Assembly: GCF_001194135.2 (NCBI RefSeq)
Contig: NC_068989.1
Span: 94,623,834-94,687,420 of the forward strand
Length of the DNA stretch: 63,587 nucleotides
DNA from: Octopus bimaculoides
Taxonomy: Eukaryota
Reading direction: 5' to 3'
The notes under the pieces are model-generated. The model saw only the letters and a program-made list of their open reading frames with translations, was not told the origin of the DNA and searched no databases. Every line of letters starts with the position of its first letter. Within the stretch, counting starts at the first letter, position 1. The translations under genes and the position numbers were made by a program. This document shows, in pieces, positions 26,491 through 38,452 of the stretch.

Positions 26491-28579
26491 GTAAACCATG
26501 AGACAGGATATGGTATTCTATGACAATTTCTGCATTGTAGCAATCAGTTTTTATTATACATTTTGTTATTAAAAGTCAGCTTTACAGAAATTTATACCTG
26601 CTTCTGGAAAGGTTTTCGAAACATCCCTTCGAAGATTACATATAATTATGTGGCCGACATATTTTTTCAGTACAATGCGAGGTTATTAGAATCGTTGATT
26701 TGTCTACTTCAAATCATGACATTTTCATCGGCCCTGCATTCTCCATGTTTCATATCTGTGTCGTACGTTATATCGGCAGTGACTGTAATGCTGACGTCCA
26801 ACATATGCAGTGAGTTAATCAAAGCTTTCTTAATGCATGGCCGTTTTTGTGATATAATAGTGAACGTCTCTTATCACTAAATATGTTTGCATCATGATTT
26901 GCCTTGTTTTAATGCATCTAAAATATATCAGCAAACAAACTCACGTAGTCCTGTCCCGCCGTTAATGTCACAACTGACGCAAAATAGGTCATTGATGTTT
27001 TCCATTATATTGATGCCGTTGATAGAAAACAAAGCTTTTATGGCATACATTGTTATTTCGATAGCCATGCAATATATGATGATGTGTTGCTTTGAGAAAT
27101 CTGACACTTTGTAGGAAATGGTTTACAATTTGATGTGTAGTATTCGTCTTTGTTGAAATGCGTGAACTAGTAACTACTTCTCTTCTTGATGGCAATAAAA
27201 TAATAAAACAATATCCATTGGCATTTCTCTTATTGCATTATTGCATTGCCTTATACTGTTGGGTTTCGAAATCTGGTCACTGATAACTTTTAGTAGAGAT
27301 AGTTAAATTGCTGCACACATATATTTGCATAGACACACACACGCACACAAACATACACACACACATATACACGCACACACATTAATAGATATGTTTAGAG
27401 CGAGAGAAAGACAAAAACAGAAAAGAATTTAGCACATACAAAATAACAAATAAGGAACTCAGTCTATGTGTGAGTGTAAGCGCGTGCATGTATGTATGTG
27501 TGGATTAATATATATGTATATATATATGTATGCATATATATATACATATATATATACACACGCACACGCACATATATATATATGTATATATATATATATG
27601 TATNNNNNNNNNNNNNNNNNNNNNNNNNNNNATATATATATATATATAAATATATATGTATGTAGGTATGTCCGTATGTTTGTATGTATGTTCTAGTTGT
27701 TCAGAGTACACGAGGGTATCGCTAGTTCGAACGAACTTTGTAGTGAATTGCCACCTCACAATTCAATAAGACGCAGAGCATAAACTTGTTTTGGAAACGC
27801 TCATGTTTAGATGACAGGTTCAGGAAACCAGCCCTGGTTATGCCTGTTAGGGTTGCGGAAAAATATCTCCCTCGTATAATCAGTTGGCTCAATTCCTGCG
27901 CTCGCGACGATTCATCAACGAACGGAAAGGTGGGAGCTTCGGTAACGCAGTTCTTCGCCTCAAAAAACAAAAGCTAGTATAAGCGAGGAATCAAAGAACA
28001 GGCAGAAAGACGGCTTCAGACGATATAACATAATGGCCTCTTCTTTGAGTGCTAGGCTGCTTTTGCGGTAACTCGACAAATAAAACAAATGAGGTACCAA
28101 AATAGTGCTAAACTTTTGACTCAACGCAAGATTTATATATATATATATATACATATATATATCGAGGGCATTACTGTACATAAATGCCTTACACTAGGAG
28201 GGACTCTAAAAGTCAGACTACTATAAACACATTTTAACGGACGCGAGGGAATGCAACTCTCGGAGCGAGCCTCCTAAACTCAGACTTGGCGGTATTTCAT
28301 GATTTCGTAATCAGTGCAGAATATACACTTTTTACTCTTCCGTACACGCATAGTCAAGACATAAAAATAAACAAAAATCAACATACCAGACGAACACTCC
28401 ATGTTTGCAGCATAGTACATAGGAATTGTTTATCCCTATATATCTATGTAAGAGGCGGACTTTTCGAATTGCATCTCGGTACGAGTGTTTGTTCAGAATG
28501 AAGTCAGGTCAGCTATAGCTTTGACTATTCTCACTGGTGCTTGAGCAAGCTGAAGTGATTCTAGCATCCATGAGTGGGG

Positions 28580-28735
28580 AACAGACGCCAGTACCCAACT
28601 GGTACTTAATTTATTGACCCCGAAAGGATGAAAGGCAAAGTCGACCTCGGCAGAATTTGAACTCAGAATGTAAAGACAGAAGAAATACCGCTAAGCATTT
28701 CGCCCGGCGTGCTAACGATTCTGCCAGCTCGCTAC
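28580..28735 (-). mobile_element. SINE family A, low-divergence copy
   Basis: ctggtacttaatttattgaccccgaaaggatgaaaggcaaagtcgacctcggcagaatttgaactcagaatg...gcatttcgcccggcgtgctaacgattctgccagctcgc. Confidence 0.92.
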
Positions 28736-29647
28736 TTTATGCTCTCGCACATATTGCATCTTTGTATGTATGTATGTATGTATGTATGTATGTATGTATG
28801 TATGTATGTATATGCGTGCGTGCGCACGCGCGAGCGTGACTACCATATATGTGTAAATCGTCTGACTTCATATATTGGCAAGCGTATGTTTTTACACACT
28901 TGAAACAGGAATAACAAGATATATAAATATCATGTTTGAATAGTTTTAATAGTTTCAGAAATATCTTCTGAATGAAACGAATAAACATATTATACTAATT
29001 ACAAGGAATTGGAGACGACGGCACCATTGTAGAATAAGGTTATGTAAGTAACCGGATTATATTTCTTTCAAATTCGCATTCAGTACAAATATAATTGTCG
29101 CCTAATTTTACCTTCATCTCTCTGGATGTTAATCATTTGATGGTGTTTCTTGTCATAAACTAATACACAGTGTATCAAAGAAAATTGTTTAAAACTTTAC
29201 AATAATAGAACGTTGGCGCAACACCTCACTAATGATTTAGTTCTAAACAGGTTAAGATCATCACAGACTTCATTATTCTTTGATCAATAACGTCTCGTAG
29301 GCTGGATTTACTTCAATTTAAAACAATTCTTTCATAATTAGGTGGTATTCTTCCATGAAACGCAATGTTTATTTTAAGCAATTAGAGTCGAGGGAATTCC
29401 AATTCAAATACTTATCTATTTGTATAATTTATATGGCAATTGATTAATTAAGGCATCATTGATTACGAGTGTGCAATGGACTGATAATGGGCGTTTTCAG
29501 CAGCAGGATTTATCAGAGATTGCCGGTGTAACGATGGACAGAACAAATACTGCAATGGACTTCTTTCGATGAACGGAGCTGCCGCTTTCCGATCTTTTCA
29601 TTTAAAGCAAATATACATCCGCGAAAGAATCAAGTATGCCTGAAGTC

Positions 29648-29680
<33 letters not shown>

Positions 29681-30049
29681 NNNNNNNNNNNNNNNNNNNN
29701 NNNNNNNNNNNNNNNNNNNNNNNNNNNNNNNNNNNNNNNNNNNNNNNNNNNNNNNNNNNNNNNNNNNNNNNNNNNNNNNNNNNNNNNNNNNNNNNNNNNN
29801 NNNNNNNNNNNNNNNNNNNNNNNNNNNNNNNNNNNNNNNNNNNNNNNNNNNNNNNNNNNNNNNNNNNNNNNNNNNNNNNNNNNNNNNNNNNNNNNNNNNN
29901 NNNNNNNNNNNNNNNNNNNNNNNNNNNNNNNNNNNNNNNNNNNNNNNNNNNNNNNNNNNNNNNNNNNNNNNNNNNNNNNNNNNNNNNNNNNNNNNNNNNN
30001 NNNNNNNNNNNNNNNNNNNNNNNNNNNNNNNNNNNNNNNNNNNNNNNNN

Positions 30050-30375
30050 GGTGGAGGCGCAATGGCTCAGTGGTTAGGGCAGTGGACTGGACTCGCGGTC
30101 GTAGGATTGCGGTTTCGATTCCCAGACCGGGCGATGCGAGTGTTAATTGAGTCAAAACACCTAAAGCTTCACGAGGCGGTGCTGGCGAACACTGCTGTAA
30201 TCTTTCTCTCACTTTTTCTTCCTGTTTCTGTTGTACTTGTATTTCAAAGGGCCAGCCTGTGTCACGCTGAATCTCCCCAAGGACTACGTTAACAGTACAC
30301 GTGTCTGTGGAGTGCTCAGCCACTTACACGTTAACTGATCGCATCAAGTGGAACCCTCGTCGTCGTGAGTGCCAC
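30050..30375 (+). mobile_element. tRNA-headed SINE sharing the family C 3' tail
   Basis: A box TGGCTCAGTGG and B box GTTTCGATTCC; tail aaagggccagcc...cacgctgaatctcc...ctcgtcgtcgt. Confidence 0.82.
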
Positions 30376-30507
30376 GATTTTGTTTGAGTCTTGCAAATTC
30401 CACTCACAATGCAGCTTGTGATGCCAGTAAACTTACTTCCCTGCTACTCTAGATTCTATAAATATTCTATCCTCTCACAATTTAGGAAATCTTATACCAA
30501 TCGCAAG

Positions 30508-30862
30508 TAAGGCGGTGAGCGGACAAAATTGTTACGGGCGCCGAGTATGATACTTAATAGTATTTCATTAAACTTGCCCACACTCCCGAAATTGCTGGCC
30601 TTGTGCCAATAACTGAAACCAATACTCTCATACGAGACAGAAACGTTAGCACGCCGGGCGAAATGCTTAGCGGTATTTCTTCTAGTTTGACGTTCTGAGT
30701 TCAAATTCCACCGAGGTCGACTTTGCCTTTCATTCTTTTAGGGTCGATAAATTTCGTACTTGGGTTCGATGAATTAAGTACCAGGTGCGTAGTGGGGTCG
30801 ATCTAATAGATTAGACACTCTCCACAAAAATTTCAGACTTTGTGCCAAGGGTAGAAAAAGAC
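30508..30862 (+). mobile_element. Two adjacent SINE family A copies (deleted 30508-30620; near full 30633-30862)
   Basis: aggcggtgagcggacaaaattgtta...ggccttgtgcc, then cagaaacgttagcacgccgggcgaaatgcttagcggtatttc...gttctgagttcaaattccaccgaggtcgac. Confidence 0.85.
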
Positions 30863-31872
30863 TATTATCATACAATCTATCTCATTTGCTACACCCACAT
30901 ATTTCAAATGTTGTGCGTACACGAAAATCAAAATGAAAAGAAAAAAAAAATTAGCGAATTCAGAATTTCTTCAAACAATGAACTGTTTCAATGTTTTTTG
31001 AATTGCGCAAATTTTTTAGCATATTTTCAACTGAAAATAATATTACCTCAATACAATTGTATGTATTATTATTTAGAACAAATGTGTTATTAATGATGAC
31101 AATAACATTTAGAATCTTTAAAAGAAATGCATATAATTTCATCGAAAACTACTGTTGGCTCACTTGATATAAAAGGGATTTTGGTTTTTAGTGTTTTTCT
31201 ATAGACATTAAATACCAATAATTGTTAATATAATAAGATTTTAAATATTCATCTGCTCTTTGTTATGATAATAGCTAAGATACATTGAAAACAATATCAC
31301 ATTAATCGTGAATTAATTCTGGTATTTTTTTAAAAATTAATTTTAAAATACCTTTTCTTTGTGAATTTCTTTAGAATATGTGGGGGGAAAACAATAGCTT
31401 TTATCACTTCTGTATATATCGTTACGTCATTTATGCTTTGAATTTTAGAAAGGACGTACAGCAGTGTGTGTGTATGTGTGTGTGTTCTCCACACAAATAC
31501 TTACATACACACATGTAACCACACTCATACACAGCCATTTGCAGAAAAACACACGCAAAAAACACTTCCAAAAGTACACACATTCTTTGTCTCTGCATGT
31601 GTGCGTGTGTGTGTGTGTGTGTGCGTGTGCGTAGGTGTGTGAGAGAGAGTGAGAAAGAGTGAGTGAGTGAGTGAGTGAGTGAGTGTGGAAAGGAAGAGAT
31701 GCAGATAAATAGCCGGGTGGATACGGAGAGATGTTAACAATTAGATGAACGTAGCTTACTGGTTTGTTTGACTGAAAAAAATATGCATTAAAAATAATGC
31801 AAGCGTTTTAGCGATCGATATGACTAGCAACGGAATAAAGATGGAAAATGTAAACATATGTATTTTTCATAC

Positions 31873-32019
31873 TTGAAGGTAGAAAAAAAGAGTGCTCGTT
31901 CTCATTTCGAGCCTAGCTGAGAGGCTCTCCTGAGATAAACCTGAAGGCAATTTTTTTCGTGCCAAACCTGCTATATGTTTATTACTGAGAGCAGCGGAGT
32001 CTTCGCTGGCTGCTGCCAT
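31873..32019 (-). CDS. Putative first coding exon of an unidentified host gene: MAAASEDSAALSNKHIAGLARKKLPSGLSQESLSARLEMRTSTLFFYLQ
   Basis: Good Kozak context (agcacgATGG), 49 open codons and a phase-0 donor CAA|GTATGA. There is a candidate upstream acceptor ttcttcgttttcaAG at 32204. It lies in unique CpG-rich sequence. No homology recognised. Confidence 0.35.
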
Positions 32020-32723
32020 CGTGCTGAGCCCATGGTCGTGGTTGATGTTATGTTTTGGAGGCCTCCGCATCGGAACGGAAAACAGGAATCAGTCAACTCC
32101 AAACATATTGGCAAAGATGCAAAACATGAAAAACCTACCAAAAATAATAATGCTAGCAGAGATTTGTAGAGTGGCCTTGTGAAAGCAATGCCAATTGCAG
32201 TCTCTTGAAAACGAAGAATAAGAATTTATAGGCACTAATGTTCGTGGCTTCTCTAGGTCATACTGCGCGATTTCCATAAATAATAACTTCAATATTTAAT
32301 AATATATTCAGGTAATTTTGGCGATGCTAAACAAACAATGTTTGGTGCTTTGTGATCAACATATGAGATATCAAGTCAGGCTGGTCACCATGACAACTTT
32401 CTCTGTCATGGTTAATGCGACAAGCACACGCTACACACCTTCCTTCCAAGCACTGCTATGAACAGCTGAAGTGGGCTAGAACGCAAAAACTTAGTGCGCT
32501 TGCACAGCAGAGTTCAAGGTCAATCTGTGTCAGGCGGGTTCACTGTGTATGCTTTAGCTTCGTAACTATGGCAACAGTCCGGATACTTGTTGATCACACC
32601 TCGTATGCATATACATGCACTCGCATTATGTAATTTGTGAAGAAAATGCACATGCATACGTGCACTCACTCAGATGCACATCCTCACACACACAAATATA
32701 CATACGTACACTTACACACACAT

Positions 32724-32794
<71 letters not shown>

Positions 32795-32813
32795 CGTACA
32801 TAAATATGTGAAG

Positions 32814-33128
32814 GTTCGTGGCATAGTGGTTAAGGTATTTGACTGGCGATCGTAGGGTCGCTGGTTCCCGGCGGAACTTTGTGTCCTTGAGCAAGACACT
32901 TTATTTCACGTTGCTCCAACCCACTCAGATGGCAAAAATGAGTAGGACCTGAATTTCAAAAGGGCCAGCCTTGTCACACTCTGTTTCACGCTGAATCTCT
33001 CTGAGAAATATGTAAAGGGCTACGCGTGACTGTGAAGTGCTGAGTCACTTGCACGTTAATCTCATGAGCAAGCTGTTCAGTTGATCGCATCTGCTGGGAC
33101 ACTCGTCGTTGTAACTGTCGGAGTGCTC
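32814..33128 (+). mobile_element. tRNA-derived SINE family C (CORE-like), near full length
   Basis: gtggcatagtggttaagg (A box), degenerate B-box region, tgtgtccttgagcaagacactttatttcacgttgctcca (CORE-like motif), and a tail shared with 22105, 26335 and 30050. Confidence 0.85.
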
Positions 33129-34221
33129 TACAGCATAAATATAAGCACAGGAGAATGCATACACACACGTATACTTATGTGAACGTATGAAGATGTGCGT
33201 GCTAATTTTCTTATTATTTTCACAAAATTCATAAATGATACAACTTTTATGAGACTTTATAGAATGCTGCACATTGATGCTATGGACGCTTGAATTGAAG
33301 CCAGAGCTGTTGAGAGCTTTGGCGAATTCCTGCGGTGTGGCCATGAGTATGGAAGTGTAGAAGAGTAAATGGGTCTAGGATACAGTTTATATTATCTGAA
33401 GAGGAGAAGTGGTACGCTCAAAATAGGGCCATGTTTGTAATATCCTACCTTATACAGATGCGTGTAAGCAGCAAAAATTCCTTTCTTGATATTCACGTTG
33501 CTCTCTGTTGATGTTAAAACATTTAACTTTTCCGTGATACAGATGTCTCATATTTACATACATGTATATGTATATATTTATTATTAATATGTTTATAGGA
33601 ATATACATATGAATATATATTCACATCCCTCGCACATACGCACGCATGCACACACACACACACACATACATACACACACATTTGTATATAGACATCCAAG
33701 TAATCATCGATAGATATGTATAAATATCGTGGAAAATTACATAAAATGTTTGCAGTCATATTGTTTTGACATAATTAACTACAAATATGTTACAATTACA
33801 AAAAAGTTTCTGAATGAAGAAAATGTTTTTAGGAATAATATCTTTTGTGTAATATGTGTAAATTCAACATTTGAAAGAAATGTGAAGCTATCGTATATGT
33901 GTTTGTGTGTGTGTGTGTGTAAATATATTATTTGTAATATAAAGAATACAGTAACGGTTTTGAAAGTAATCATATCTCTATTGATATTAAACATTTTCTG
34001 GATGAAGAAATAAGTTAATATGTTTGGTTCTAATTAGGTCAATTGCTTCAGAGAAGCTAAATATATGTTACATTGTAAAACTAGAGTTGCATTTGTAAGT
34101 ATACTCTGAAAATGTAAATTATGTTCAAATATAATTTGAAAATTAAAATTCAAAGTTCATTTACCTTTAGTGTTGCGTTAATTATGCAATAGTATGTATC
34201 GTTATAAACATACGAGCGTCT

Positions 34222-34572
34222 GCAGTTCTATATTTAAGAGATGCGGAATTATGCACATTATTTACATTATTTACATTTGACGGCTATTTACATATGCCCA
34301 CGGGCATATGGCGTGGTGGTTAAGAGCACGGGCTACGAACCCCAACATTCCGAGTTCGATTCCAGGCAGTGACCTGAATAATAATAATAATGATATCGAA
34401 AAAAAGCCTTAGGAATGAGAACTCAGGTTCGAAATTTCCCCAAGACACCTAATGAAGGCTGGAGGGTATATCAGCCGAAACGTCGTTTTAACAACAAACA
34501 AGATGGGGACAAATATCCGTCGAATGTAAATAATGTAAATAATGCAAATAATGTAAATAATGTAAATAATGT
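34222..34572 (+). mobile_element. tRNA-headed, hammerhead-containing Penelope-type non-autonomous element with inverted 5' tail and 12-bp TSD
   Basis: TSD atacgagcgtct (34210-34221) / atacgagtgtct (34573-34584). A box at 34309-34319 and B box at 34354-34363. 34261-34290 is the inverted copy of 34511-34540. The tail is (AATGTAAAT)n. Confidence 0.75.
34443..34489 (+). ncRNA. Minimal (Penelope-type) hammerhead ribozyme motif, G5A-mutated
   Basis: agacac-CTAATGA-a-GGCTG(gagggtatat)CAGCC-GAAA-CG-TC-gtttt: 5-bp stem II, palindromic ACGT stem III, GUC cleavage triplet and stem I with one mismatch. Confidence 0.7.
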
Positions 34573-35320
34573 ATACGAGTGTCTCCAAAATTTTTGTGCG
34601 TGCAAGAAAATGACAAGTATTATACAGTCTAATGATAAGTGGGCTCTCGTAGTTTAGAAACCATATGGCAGGAATGAGTTATAAAGTGTACTGAGAAAGC
34701 TAAACTTATGTTCGTTTACACTATACTATAACACATCAGACAGGATGTTATTAATGGAATATTAATTAGGGCTAATGTAAATTTGTATGTTTACAAGGAA
34801 TTTTTGTGCTATATTAGATTAGTGTAATTTTACTGGTAGTTTCATGGCATTTATCAAAAACACGAAATATGGAAACATATAATTTTCAATATAAGATGGT
34901 GTTATGGATGAGGTAGTGTAATTTAAAATTATACGTTACAGGGTAGAGACTATAATGGTTCGCATACATCATTATGAAGCAGCGTAATTCTATGTTCCAA
35001 TATGAAGCTAAGCGCATCTCTATTTGTAGAAACACTGTATGATTTTATATCATAGTAAATATCGAAATTAAATATACCGATTAACATACAATATTGCTTT
35101 CATATGATAAGCTATTTGGTGACTCAAAGTGGGGGTAGATGTTCATTAACTATACAGGCTGGTTAACTATTAAGTTAGATCAATGATTTGAAATGGTAGA
35201 AGATTCTGAGAGATATAAAATGGGGAAGGAAAATGCGATTGTAACTATATCCACTTAAAGATCATGTCTGTCTCAACCAAAACAAATTTCGACTTCTTAA
35301 AATTTTATATTGGGGATGTT

Positions 35321-35473
35321 ACCTATCTATCTATCTACCTCTCTATCTATCTATCTATCTACCTATCTATCTATCTATCTATCTATCTATTTATCTATCT
35401 GTCTGTCTGTCTGTCTATTCATCTATCGATATATCTTTCTACCTATCTATCTATCAACCTATTTATCTATCTA

Positions 35474-35508
<35 letters not shown>

Positions 35509-35612
35509 TTATCTATCTATCTGTCTGTCTGTCTATTTATCTATCAACATATTCTATCTCTATCTATCTATCAATTTATTTATCTATCTATCAGTCTATC
35601 TGTCTATCAATT
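35321..35612. repeat. (CTAT)n/(CTGT)n/(AT)n compound microsatellite
   Basis: Direct reading. Confidence 0.95.
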
Positions 35613-36436
35613 ATTATTAGTAGTAGTTGTAAGTGTGATGGATTTATGCAAACTAGTAGCCAACATGACATACTTGTAAATTCACGTATGCGAGAAAATA
35701 GTCTGCGATAACTTAGCTTTACAGAAGACAATTCACATTAACAGTTTTACATAAGCAAGATCCTAAAATTTTACCGGTCGTCAGCCATGTCATAGGCGTT
35801 TCCATATCTTTATACTGTTTGATTTTACACTGAGGTCATTAAAGAATCTTAGTCCTTCAGAAAGTGAGAGGTCTTGGAATAATTAAGTGTTTTTTAAGAT
35901 CTAAGGACCCAACTATATGTTAATACAAATCCCTCGATATGTCCCGCACTGAAAATTGTTCCTTATATTTCCCATACCAGAAACTTTATGAGACAGTCTT
36001 CTATATGTAGAAACATTCTAGCCGTACTTTCAACATAATCAATAATTTATTTAAGAATAATCTATGTAGATTCTCTAAACAAGTCAACAGATTTTCCTTG
36101 GCAGACCTACTTACTAAATCGATGCCCTCAGAAGCAGTGCATTCTGGGAGGAAATTGTGTACGACGAAAATAACTGCCTCTCTGCCGGACGGAACGACCA
36201 GAACGTAAGAACGTATAGCATGCGATAATAAGCTTATAATTTACCTGCGTTCAACCAGTTGCAAACAGGTATTTCCAACCTCAATATAGACATGTGTGTG
36301 TCTGTGTGTGTGTGTGTGTGTGAAGGGAGAATTCACATAAAAACAAAAGATGAAGACAGGTGGTGTAGACAACAGAGAAATGTATTAGTTTAAAGCTCGG
36401 GAAGTGAAAAAGTCTTCCAAGGTCTTAGAAAAGCAA

Positions 36437-36437
36437 C

Positions 36438-36488
<51 letters not shown>

Positions 36489-36490
36489 AA
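36437..36490. repeat. (GAAA)n microsatellite
   Basis: Direct reading. Confidence 0.95.
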
Positions 36491-37017
36491 AGTGCTCTAA
36501 GAACAGGCAAACCATAGAAACACTTCAGAAGTACGTAATACAACGCGTCAGGTGTTAATTTTAAGCTAAGAAAATTTAAGAAATGAAGATTCCAGCGTTG
36601 TTCGATCTTCTGAAATAAAAGGAGACGAAAATGAAATATAAATGGAGGGATGAAGAAATTCGAAAAGAAGGAGATAACATGCCTTTCTGGTTCAGGAAAA
36701 ATGAAATGTTTTAATATCATTTGTGCTACAGAAGTTTCATTATTTTAAATGCCGTCTTGTGAAACGTCATTTTCTATCTTGGTATATGTTGTATTATAAA
36801 CACTTGCTCAACCATTAGACCATAAATTTTTGAAGTTATGAAATNNNNNNNNNNNNNNNNNNNNNNNNNNNNNNNNNNNNNNNNNNNNNNNNNNNNNNNN
36901 NNNNNNNNNNNNNNNNNNNNNNNNNNNNNNNNNNNNNNNNNNNNNNNNNNNNNNNNNNNNNNNNNNNNNNNNNNNNNNNNNNNTATATATATATATATAT
37001 ATGATATATATATCATT

Positions 37018-37121
37018 AAATTCCGCCGATGTCGACTTTGCCTTTCATCCTTTCGGGGTCGATCCAATCGACTGGTCCCCTCCCCAAAAATGTTGGGCCT
37101 TGTGCCTAGAGTAGAAAAGGA
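37018..37121 (+). mobile_element. SINE family A 3' part
   Basis: aaattccgccgatgtcgactttgcctttcatcctttcggggtcgat...ggccttgtgcctagagtagaaaag. Confidence 0.88.
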
Positions 37122-37699
37122 TATATATGTATATGTACACACGCATGCGCACACACATACACACACAGGCACAAACACAGGTCGAAACCGAGGCTGACTT
37201 AATGGCATGGTCCAAACACCCGTCAGTTCATTTAGGGGACAATACAATGAGCAGCTGTTCTAAAGATATATTTCAGCCCATCGGTTCGTGAGCATCCCAC
37301 GTGTAACAGATGCTAAAATCAAAGAATACAGTACCACTCGGCTAGTATTTCCTTATAATCTTCCGAAAGGCAAAGTCGAAATTTGTAATTATATCGCAGA
37401 AGAATTACATAAATATGGCAACAGACTTTTATCATTTTTATCCGACGTTCTGACGACTTTCTTCTCTGTGCGTGTATGTATGATTGTGTTTGTCAATGTG
37501 TGTGAGTGCGGTTATCAATATGTTTTGTGTTTCAGTAAATCTTGTTTATACGCTCGGCTCTGAACGGTAGTAACTGATTTCCTTGACTTGTACTTTTCTG
37601 TATACAAAGTTATTTACATCTATCCATATATCTATACATACATACAAGCATGCATACACATATATATATATATATCAGCTTTACACACACACACGTATG

Positions 37700-37740
<41 letters not shown>

Positions 37741-38452
37741 ATGTGTGTGTATGTATGTGTGTGTGTGCACATCTATGTGTGTTTGCTTGAGTGTGAGTTT
37801 AGGTTCAAAGGACCTGATTATCTTCGTATTTTTATGTGTACAAGTGCGTACGTGTATACGTATGGATATATGTAGCAATATAATAGGAAGCATGTGGTCG
37901 TTTCTGAGATGTAATGTTTATATGACTGAAAAATATCCTCTTAATATTCGGTGAATTGCATGATATTTGCAGAAAGATTTCTCTTCTTCAGACACAGAAC
38001 TGGCTTTGGCTCCAAATTCGTCTTACCTCTGGCGAGGACATGTTATATATTACATGTATTTTCTAGAAGACAAAATCGAAAAACGAAAAAAACGATAAAC
38101 AACAGATTAAAAGAGCTCAACTCTATTCAGTTATTCAAGATGTTTCATACTGAGGAGAATATTTTTAATGATTTCCTGATGAAATGAGAATGTTCCTAAA
38201 CTATTTCGTCTGACATTATCGCCATAATATTGGCAACATATATGCAATGTTATCGACTGTCTGCATAAAATCAAAACTGGAAAGCACTACATAATTGGAT
38301 AACTTGTAAATACATCAAACGTAGTGTATACAGGCGGTTGTCTGTATGTGTTTGTGAGTACAAAAAAAATAACACACATATATTTATGTGAACACATTTA
38401 TAAATAAGAATACAAACACACACACACACACACACACACATTTATTTATATA

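Noticed and set aside
30050-30135. tRNA gene candidates (also 32814, 34302, 49700, 23135)
   Set aside because: A/B boxes are present, but the acceptor stems are not closed and SINE bodies follow; these are tRNA-derived heads, not tRNAs.
32387-32412. Perfect 9-bp hairpin as a pre-miRNA
   Set aside because: The stem is far too short and I recognise no conserved mature miRNA sequence.
34522-34572. Regular 9-bp and 14-bp repeat units (also 5738-5779) as CRISPR-like arrays
   Set aside because: They are spacerless tandem repeats inside mobile elements in eukaryotic DNA, with no cas genes.
36322-36430. Segment resembling a Penelope-like terminal repeat I recall from octopus DNA
   Set aside because: It is single copy in this window and no hammerhead core is present, so it cannot be supported from the sequence.
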